A DNA stretch of 64,000 nt. Source: Calditrichia bacterium (GTDB taxonomy: Bacteria; Calditrichota; Calditrichia; RBG-13-44-9; J075). Below are positions 57,205 to 64,000 of this stretch, piece by piece. The position numbers were made by a program, and so were the translations under genes. Every line of letters begins with the position of its first letter. The first letter of the stretch is position 1. A model generated the notes under the pieces. That model was given only the letters and a program-made list of their open reading frames with translations, was not told the origin of the DNA and made no database searches. The DNA is taken from assembly GCA_050633245.1 (NCBI GenBank), contig JBOEGD010000010.1:1-64000 (forward strand). Direction: 5' to 3'.

Positions 57205-58926
57205 ATGAACCACGCAGCCAAAAACCAACCTTCAATTAAGCGACTTTTTACCTCTCCCCGGCCCTCCATTCTACTGGCCTTAAGCCTGATTACATCGAGT
57301 CTATTCGCGCAGGAATTAACGTCTACTCATCAGCTCATTGGGAAGCTGGGCTGCGCCGGATGCCATACTCAGCTGCCCTACAAGCATGATCTTAATCAAA
57401 AAATTCCGGACTTATCTCAGGCCGGAGCTCGCTATACTGAAGGATATTTATTTTCCTATTTACAGAATCCCACTAAAGTACGTAGGCACCTTGGGGACTC
57501 TCGTATGCCAAACTTCCAGCTGAACGAACAGGAAGCACTTGCCTTAACGCGATATTTAACAACCCAACAAAAAATGCCGGAGCTACCCCAAATACCAGAA
57601 CTTGGGCAACCCGTTCCGCGAAGCCTGCAAATCCGTTCGGATAAGGCTTTCGCAGATTATATGGCCAATCAGGCTCTCTGTCTTACCTGCCACGGATTTA
57701 ATGATAGACCGGCCAATCTCGCTGTTACAATGGATAACATGGGCGCCCGACTTAAGCCAAATTGGATGCGCAGCTTCTTAAGTGCGCCAGATCAGTTCGG
57801 CATTTCATCAGAGTTAATGCCTGCACAATTTTTTCAGCCTACGAAAAAGCAAAATGTCCGAACTCCCATGGGTAAGAGTCCCGCTCAACGCATCAATCGA
57901 ATTGTTGATTTTTTAGTTACAAGCTCCAAAGCGTTGCGCCGGCAACAGTTGGACAATTTAACTGCCGCCGTCAAGAAATACCCAAAAGCCAATGCAGCAT
58001 TGGGTAAACAAATTTTTGTGGGACTCAACTGCGCTGGATGCCATTTAGCAGAGCTTCCTCCCGCAGAAAATTCTGCGCCAAACTTATCCCTCACGGGCAG
58101 CCGGGTAAAGCAAGAATGGCTAAAACATTATCTTGAAAAGCCTACAGCACTCAGGCGCGCCGGCTATCGGCCGGGAAGTGGCGGCCGCATGCCGGATTTC
58201 AAGTTATCCAACGAAGAGGTTCAGCAACTAACAACATACCTAATGCAGCAAACAATCGACCTGCCGAAAGCAATCTACATAACCAAAGCGGCGCCCTATC
58301 AGCAATCCAGGGCACGCAAACTACTGAGTGACAAACTTCCCTGTCTTGGCTGTCATCAACTCGACGGCAATGGCGGAGTAATCGGACCAGATCTGAGTAT
58401 TGCAGGTAGACGACTGAACCCGGACTATATAGATGCGATAATCGCCAATCCAAAGCTATTTACATCGCATCAAATTATGCCTGAAATATCTATGTCGAAA
58501 AAAGTTAGAAGTTGGTTAACCAGCCTTTTGGTTCAGCAAAGAGATTCAACATTGTCAGTGGCTTACCTGCCCTTTACACAACTGGAAGCGTCACAGCCTG
58601 GCCAATCGAAAGCAGCAAGGCAATATGCACAGTTTTGTGCTTCATGCCATGGGCCAACCGGCAATGCAGATGGATTTAACTCCGTGTATCTTCCGGTAAA
58701 GCCTACAGCTCATGCCGACTCCGGCTATATGTCCACCAGAACAGACGGCGTACTATATGATGGAATCTACAGTGGCGGCTATATTTTAAACAAACATCAG
58801 TTTATGCCTCCCTGGCGCTCAACTTTCAGTGATGTGGAAATACGTGATCTGGTTCAGTATATGCGAGAGCTGTGTGACTGCCCCGAGCCTGACTGGGCAG
58901 ATAAAAAGGCAGGGGCCAGGAAATGA
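57205..58926 (+). CDS. Periplasmic pentaheme c-type cytochrome (tandem class-I-like domains)
   Basis: Five CxxCH motifs (CAGCH, CLTCH, CAGCH, CLGCH, CASCH), each followed later by an MP motif; signal peptide. Confidence 0.85.
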   Translation: MNHAAKNQPSIKRLFTSPRPSILLALSLITSSLFAQELTSTHQLIGKLGCAGCHTQLPYKHDLNQKIPDLSQAGARYTEGYLFSYLQNPTKVRRHLGDSRMPNFQLNEQEALALTRYLTTQQKMPELPQIPELGQPVPRSLQIRSDKAFADYMANQALCLTCHGFNDRPANLAVTMDNMGARLKPNWMRSFLSAPDQFGISSELMPAQFFQPTKKQNVRTPMGKSPAQRINRIVDFLVTSSKALRRQQLDNLTAAVKKYPKANAALGKQIFVGLNCAGCHLAELPPAENSAPNLSLTGSRVKQEWLKHYLEKPTALRRAGYRPGSGGRMPDFKLSNEEVQQLTTYLMQQTIDLPKAIYITKAAPYQQSRARKLLSDKLPCLGCHQLDGNGGVIGPDLSIAGRRLNPDYIDAIIANPKLFTSHQIMPEISMSKKVRSWLTSLLVQQRDSTLSVAYLPFTQLEASQPGQSKAARQYAQFCASCHGPTGNADGFNSVYLPVKPTAHADSGYMSTRTDGVLYDGIYSGGYILNKHQFMPPWRSTFSDVEIRDLVQYMRELCDCPEPDWADKKAGARK

Positions 58927-61007
58927 GTCGATTACTGATCTACAGTTATTGCCTCGCACTTCTCGTATTTCTCTTAAGCTGTGAGCAGAGTGAACAGTCT
59001 ACAAAAACCAATCGCCTTCTACCTTTTCCGGCAGAGGTTTTGAAAACGGCAAAGAGCAAAGTACAAACTTCAGACTTTGCCGGATCACTTGCCTGTAAAA
59101 GCTGCCATCAGCAGGAATATGATCTCTGGAAGGAATCGACCCATGCCAAGGCCGGAGGGCTACCGCACGAAGTAAAGATCATTGCAAAGTTTGATGGCAG
59201 CCCACTGCGATTTAGGGATGCTGTCGTTATCCCAAAAAAACTCTCTTCCGAAAACTATGTTTTTATTATCCGTGAACAAAATCGTCCAGAATATCAGTTA
59301 GCTGTCTCCGCTGTGGTTGGCGGTGGACACATGATAGGTGGGGGCACACAAAGTTTTTTCACGAAATTGGAAGATGGTTCTTATCGCTTTCTACCGTTCG
59401 ATTTCATTCGTGACGAAAACCTCTGGTTTGTGCAGCTACGGGCAAATCAGAACTGGCTGCCGATATCAAAAAACATTGCTCTTTCCGATCTTCTGAATTG
59501 GCCGCCACGACGCCTGCTCGGCACGGTCGACGGGATGTCGAACTGTCAAAACTGTCATGGTAGTCAAATTGTAACAAAACGTGTGAACAACTCGCGTTTC
59601 GAGTCGCACTTTACCACGCTGGGCATCAACTGCGAATCCTGTCATGGTCCCGGCAAAAGACACATTGAACTGATGCAGAGCGCTGATCTCTCTACGCTGA
59701 AAGACATCGGAATACAGTCGTTAGAGGCCCTATCCAAAGATGCGTCGTTGATGGTATGCTTTCAATGCCATGCCACAAAAGATCAGCTACAGCCGAACTA
59801 TCTTCCAGGTGACGACCTCGAATCGTTTTACTCACTAAAAATGCCCGTCCTTGGCAGCAAGCTCTATCTACCCGATGGAAAAGTGCGCGAGTTTGCCTAT
59901 CAACAAAATCATCTTTTCAGCGATTGCTATATCAATGGTTCCATGACGTGTGTGGATTGTCATTCTCCGCACTCGCAAGGCTATCGCGATATTACAGGAC
60001 AAAAATTAGCAAGTCCGTTTGATGACGGTCAGTGCACTGGTTGTCATGGAAATATGAACGCGAATCCGGCAGCACATTCCTTTCACAATGCTGGTCCTAA
60101 CGGCGTGCGCTGCACCGACTGTCACATGCCATATCTGCAGCATCGCGTGCTTGGCGAAGAATTGCGCTTCGCACGATCGGACCACACCATACCTATCCCA
60201 CGTGCCGGCTTAGAATCGCGCTTTGGTATTGAGAACAGTTGTGTCGGTTGCCATTCGAACAAAACATCAGAATGGGCAAAAAATGAAACGCGTCGTTTGT
60301 GGGGAAAAGGAAAGCCTCTGCACTCACTCGTCAGTGGATTGTTGAAGGCAGACAGCGTTTATTCTCGAACTGAGGCAGCAGCGCTGCTCCTACAGCCGGA
60401 TAAGCAGCATCCGATTGCGCAATACACAGCACTTGCTGAGTTTACGAAACGTTTTCTTAAACCGGATATGCCGACTCTTGAAGAAGACATCAGATCTAAA
60501 CTTAAGCTTCTTAGTGAATCAAACGATCGCGACCTTCGCGCCTTTGCGCTAATGAGTCTGCACTTGTCTCAGGGAAACGTGGCTGATGTTCGAAAGATGC
60601 TGGTTGAATCACTGCAAAATGCCGGGGCCCAGGAAACCAGTCTACGGAAGCGCTGGTCTATTACAATGGATTATATTGGCAGCCAGTTTTTTTCAGAACG
60701 TGACTACTTTAGTGCAATAAGAGCATATAACAAGGCCTTGGTAATAAATGCAAAGGACACATTTGTTTTGGATAATTTGGCCGCTGCGCTCGAAGCAACA
60801 GAGGACTACTCAAGTGCTATATCAACGTATCAACGTGGCCTTACAATCGAACCTCAGGCTGCACAGCGACACTTTAGACTGGCCAGAGCACTGAATAAAG
60901 CAAAACGACTGGACGAGGCAATTGTTGCGCTCAAAAAAGGACTGACACTCGATCCGACCAATAAGAACCAGCAGAGCATCCTACGCTATCTGGAAGAGCA
61001 GCAGTAG
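58923..61007 (+). CDS. Octaheme c-type cytochrome lipoprotein with C-terminal helical/TPR repeats
   Basis: Lipobox LLSC; eight CxxCH (CKSCH, CQNCH, CESCH, CFQCH, CVDCH, CTGCH, CTDCH, CVGCH); TPR-like tail; ATGA overlap with the upstream gene. Confidence 0.85.
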   Translation: MSRLLIYSYCLALLVFLLSCEQSEQSTKTNRLLPFPAEVLKTAKSKVQTSDFAGSLACKSCHQQEYDLWKESTHAKAGGLPHEVKIIAKFDGSPLRFRDAVVIPKKLSSENYVFIIREQNRPEYQLAVSAVVGGGHMIGGGTQSFFTKLEDGSYRFLPFDFIRDENLWFVQLRANQNWLPISKNIALSDLLNWPPRRLLGTVDGMSNCQNCHGSQIVTKRVNNSRFESHFTTLGINCESCHGPGKRHIELMQSADLSTLKDIGIQSLEALSKDASLMVCFQCHATKDQLQPNYLPGDDLESFYSLKMPVLGSKLYLPDGKVREFAYQQNHLFSDCYINGSMTCVDCHSPHSQGYRDITGQKLASPFDDGQCTGCHGNMNANPAAHSFHNAGPNGVRCTDCHMPYLQHRVLGEELRFARSDHTIPIPRAGLESRFGIENSCVGCHSNKTSEWAKNETRRLWGKGKPLHSLVSGLLKADSVYSRTEAAALLLQPDKQHPIAQYTALAEFTKRFLKPDMPTLEEDIRSKLKLLSESNDRDLRAFALMSLHLSQGNVADVRKMLVESLQNAGAQETSLRKRWSITMDYIGSQFFSERDYFSAIRAYNKALVINAKDTFVLDNLAAALEATEDYSSAISTYQRGLTIEPQAAQRHFRLARALNKAKRLDEAIVALKKGLTLDPTNKNQQSILRYLEEQQ

Positions 61008-61020
61008 GCAGTAGGTTGTA

Positions 61021-61045
61021 GTAAAGACGCGATGCCTCGCGTCTC
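61021..61045. repeat. REP-like palindrome (GTAG-family appearance)
   Basis: GTAA-AGACGCGA-tgcc-TCGCGTCT-C between convergent genes. Confidence 0.5.
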
Positions 61046-61057
61046 AGCGGGGGCGCC

Positions 61058-62062
61058 TTAGTCTTCTTCCTTCGCATCGCGCGACATCAGCTCAACTACG
61101 GCATCATGGGGGCTCTTATCCTCAAACAGCGCCTGATAAACCTGCTCGGCAATCGGCATCTCTACGCCAGTCTTCTTAAACAGCTGATGCACCGACTTGG
61201 TCGTGCGCACACCTTCAGCAACCATTACCATCTCGTCAAGAACCGTCTGCAGCGTTTTGCCCCGACCAATTTCCTCGCCAACATGGCGATTACGACTGTG
61301 CTTACTCATACAGGTTACAATTAGGTCACCTACTCCGGAGAGACCGGAGAACGTCTCTTTTTGCGCACCCATTGCAACGCCAAGACGCGTTACTTCGACT
61401 AGGGCCCGGGTAAGCAGCGCAGCCTTGGTATTATCGCCAAAGCCGGCGCCGTCGCAAATACCAGCAGCGATGGCAACAACGTTCTTCAATGATCCACCAA
61501 GCTCAACACCAATGATGTCGCTGCTGGAATACACGCGAAAGGTGTTGGTGCTAAATAGGTCGCGCACGATGCGAGCCGTATTCAAATCCACGCAGGCTGA
61601 AACGATTGCCGTTGGGATTCCACGGCTCACTTCTTCGGCATGGCTTGGCCCATAGAGAGAAACCACGTGAGTAGGACTCACATCCAGTGTTTCCTCAATT
61701 ACTTCAGACATGCGTTTCAGCGTATCATTCTCAATGCCTTTGGAAACGTTAATAAAAACCTGACCGGGCTGAATGCTCCTTTTAAGCTTCTCACATACGC
61801 CGCGTGTTACGTGCGACGGAACCGCAGTTAAAACAAAGTCAGCACCGGCAACCGCTTCATGCTGGTCGCCGGTGATTTGCAAATTTTCAGGAAAGGGCAC
61901 GCCGGGTAGATAAATCTCATTGGTTCGTTCGTCATTCAGACGCGCAAGCTGTTCGGGATTGTATTCCCACATGGTTACCTGATGACCTTTACCAGCCAGC
62001 AATATGGCCAGGGTAGTTCCCCAGCTTCCGGCTCCAATTACCGCAATGGATTTATCACTCAT
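61058..62062 (-). CDS. gpsA: NAD(P)H-dependent glycerol-3-phosphate dehydrogenase
   Basis: GAGSWGT, SKGIE, GPSHA, LKNVVAIAAG, GDLIVTC-x-S-x-x-SRN. Confidence 0.97.
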   Translation of the reverse strand: MSDKSIAVIGAGSWGTTLAILLAGKGHQVTMWEYNPEQLARLNDERTNEIYLPGVPFPENLQITGDQHEAVAGADFVLTAVPSHVTRGVCEKLKRSIQPGQVFINVSKGIENDTLKRMSEVIEETLDVSPTHVVSLYGPSHAEEVSRGIPTAIVSACVDLNTARIVRDLFSTNTFRVYSSSDIIGVELGGSLKNVVAIAAGICDGAGFGDNTKAALLTRALVEVTRLGVAMGAQKETFSGLSGVGDLIVTCMSKHSRNRHVGEEIGRGKTLQTVLDEMVMVAEGVRTTKSVHQLFKKTGVEMPIAEQVYQALFEDKSPHDAVVELMSRDAKEED

Positions 62063-62071
62063 GCGCTTCTC

Positions 62072-62980
62072 CTATTTCAGTACGTCTTCAATTGTTTTAC
62101 CGGTCAGAATCTGCAGGATTTCCTGATACTTCTTCGATGTGTTCATGACGACTTCTTCCGGAAGCGTTGGCGGCGGTGGCGTTTTATCCCAGTCGAGTGT
62201 CTCTAAATAATCGCGGAGATACTGCTTGTCCAAACTAGCCTGCGAACGACCGGTTTCGTAGGTGTCCTGCGGCCAAAAGCGGCTGGAATCCGGCGTTAAC
62301 GCCTCGTCAATCAAAATAATCTCATCACCCAGCATGCCAAACTCAAACTTGGTGTCCGCTATAATAATGCCTTTCGTTAATGCTGCATCTGCGGCGCGGT
62401 TGTAAATTTTCAAACTCAGGTCGCGAACCTTCTCAGAGATCGGACGATCGATAAGCTCACACATTTCATCGAATGTGATGTTCTCATCATGACCTTCTTC
62501 GGCCTTGGTCGATGGCGTAAAAACGGTCTTTGGTAATCGTGAAGACTCTTGCAAGCCTGTCGGAAGCTCCATCTTGTGCAGCGTTCCACTCTTACGATAT
62601 TCCTTCCATCCAGATCCGGCAAGATACCCACGAACGATACATTCTGCAGGCAGTGGCTTGGCTTTATGCACCAGCATTGCACGCCCCTTCAACATATCGA
62701 CATGATTGCAAAACGGCTCGGGAAAAGAAGCCACATCATCAGTGACGAAGTGATTCTTTACAAGATCTGTAGACTGCGAAAACCAAAATTTCGAGATTTG
62801 CGTCAGCACGATACCCTTTGCCGGAATTCCCTGCGCCATTACAACATCAAATGCAGAGATGCGGTCGCTGGTGACAATTACCAGATGATCACCGGCATCA
62901 TAAATATCGCGAACTTTGCCGCGATTAAGGAGCGTTGCTCCCGGAATAGAGCTATTTAATAGCGGAGCTGGATTCATCAT
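62072..62980 (-). CDS. purC: SAICAR synthetase
   Basis: [56 protein letters not shown]. Confidence 0.97.
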   Translation of the reverse strand: MMNPAPLLNSSIPGATLLNRGKVRDIYDAGDHLVIVTSDRISAFDVVMAQGIPAKGIVLTQISKFWFSQSTDLVKNHFVTDDVASFPEPFCNHVDMLKGRAMLVHKAKPLPAECIVRGYLAGSGWKEYRKSGTLHKMELPTGLQESSRLPKTVFTPSTKAEEGHDENITFDEMCELIDRPISEKVRDLSLKIYNRAADAALTKGIIIADTKFEFGMLGDEIILIDEALTPDSSRFWPQDTYETGRSQASLDKQYLRDYLETLDWDKTPPPPTLPEEVVMNTSKKYQEILQILTGKTIEDVLK

Positions 62981-62988
62981 GAATCTCC

Positions 62989-63621
62989 CTAACTGCTTTT
63001 TTGTAGAATTTTACTTTCCTCTCCCTTCAACAAACGCTGAACATTTGCACGATGCGTAAAAATTATCAGCGCCGGAATAAAGAGGCTTAATAGTTGAAGT
63101 TGCAAGGGCACATCGATCCCCATAAGAAACTTTTGTCCGAATACAGCCAGCGGCAGGCTTACCGAGGCCAGAATAGAACCAAGCGAAACATAGCGGGTAA
63201 TCGCAACGGTAATAACGAACACCAGTATAGCAATAATTACTGCTTTCGGCAGAAGTCCGATAACCATACCGGCTCCGGTACCAACGCCCTTACCGCCTTT
63301 AAACCCGGCGAAGATGGTCCAAATATGACCAAAGACCGCAGACATGCCAGCAACAATCTGCATGTTCACGGGTTCCCAGTTCATTCCCTTTAATCCATAT
63401 TCATAAAGCAACGCGGTAGGGATGAAACCCTTCATAATATCTATAAAAAGAACAACCGAACCGGCTTTCCAGCCGAGCACACGAAACACGTTGGTTGCCC
63501 CTGCATTTCCACTTCCATGCTGTCTGATATCAATTCCTTTTAACAACTTTCCAGCAATAATACTTGTGGGAAATGAACCCATCAGGTAGCTGATTGCAAT
63601 CATTAACAGCAAGTATCCCAT
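62989..63621 (-). CDS. plsY: Glycerol-3-phosphate acyltransferase
   Basis: [14 protein letters not shown]...[15 protein letters not shown]. Confidence 0.96.
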   Translation of the reverse strand: MGYLLLMIAISYLMGSFPTSIIAGKLLKGIDIRQHGSGNAGATNVFRVLGWKAGSVVLFIDIMKGFIPTALLYEYGLKGMNWEPVNMQIVAGMSAVFGHIWTIFAGFKGGKGVGTGAGMVIGLLPKAVIIAILVFVITVAITRYVSLGSILASVSLPLAVFGQKFLMGIDVPLQLQLLSLFIPALIIFTHRANVQRLLKGEESKILQKSS

Positions 63622-63649
63622 ACATTCTCCCGGATAAGGTAAATTAAGA

Positions 63650-64000
63650 CTATGAGTTTACCACCCGTCCCATCGGGTAAAACGTTTCACTTCCACTCAG
63701 TTTCAGAAGTGCATTAACCTGATCTTCTGCAACAATGACGATTAATCCGACTCCCAGGTTGAATGTCTGACGCATGTCAGCTTCGGGCACGTTACCGGTT
63801 TTCTCGATAACATCAAATATTGGTAAGACCGGCCAGCTACCCCAACTGATATCCAGCTTCAAGTTGTCGGTTAAAAGACGGCGTGTATTCTTCTCAATTC
63901 CACCGCCGGTAATATGAGAAATACCCTTTACCGCAATGCTCTTACGAATTTCGCCGATTAATGGATAATAATTGCGGTGGATGCGCAGCATCTCTTCCCC
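63650..64000 (-). CDS. purM: AIR synthetase, C-terminal fragment, truncated by window end
   Basis: HITGGG...N, WPVLPIF, MRQTFNLGVG. Confidence 0.9.
   Translation of the reverse strand, partial: GEEMLRIHRNYYPLIGEIRKSIAVKGISHITGGGIEKNTRRLLTDNLKLDISWGSWPVLPIFDVIEKTGNVPEADMRQTFNLGVGLIVIVAEDQVNALLKLSGSETFYPMGRVVNS

Overview
Bacterial chromosomal window, most consistent with an FCB-group organism of the Calditrichota/KSB1/Ignavibacteria type (inference from a T9SS/FlgD-type C-terminal sorting domain, DUF5686 and carboxypeptidase-regulatory-domain outer-membrane proteins, and a short RpoD-like sigma). In order it holds: the end of an ABC transporter/AttH-like lipocalin operon; a complete his operon with two unusual fusions (HisC-HAD phosphatase, HisA-HisI-HisE); a 15-kb beta-glucan utilisation locus without SusC/SusD, carrying a GH-A glycosidase fused to a probable beta-barrel, an MFS transporter fused to a GH3 glucosidase, and two matching promoter/operator sites for a ROK repressor; envelope proteins; sigma70, glmM, pdp, tig-clpP-clpX-lon; pruA; a Fur-boxed TonB-dependent receptor bracketed by an identical 41-bp hairpin; an ECF/anti-sigma/Spy module; two multiheme cytochromes; and gpsA-purC-plsY-purM. 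The most striking non-genic signal is a family of 7-nt (some 8- and 14-nt) tandem repeat tracts at gene boundaries. They form inverted purine-rich/pyrimidine-rich pairs around both four-helix-bundle (IVP/bAvd-like) genes and also occur as apparently empty sites, suggesting a cassette-like mobile system with no transposase in the window. No rRNA, tRNA, CRISPR array, integrase or transposase was seen. All family calls are by eye from motifs, not database searches.
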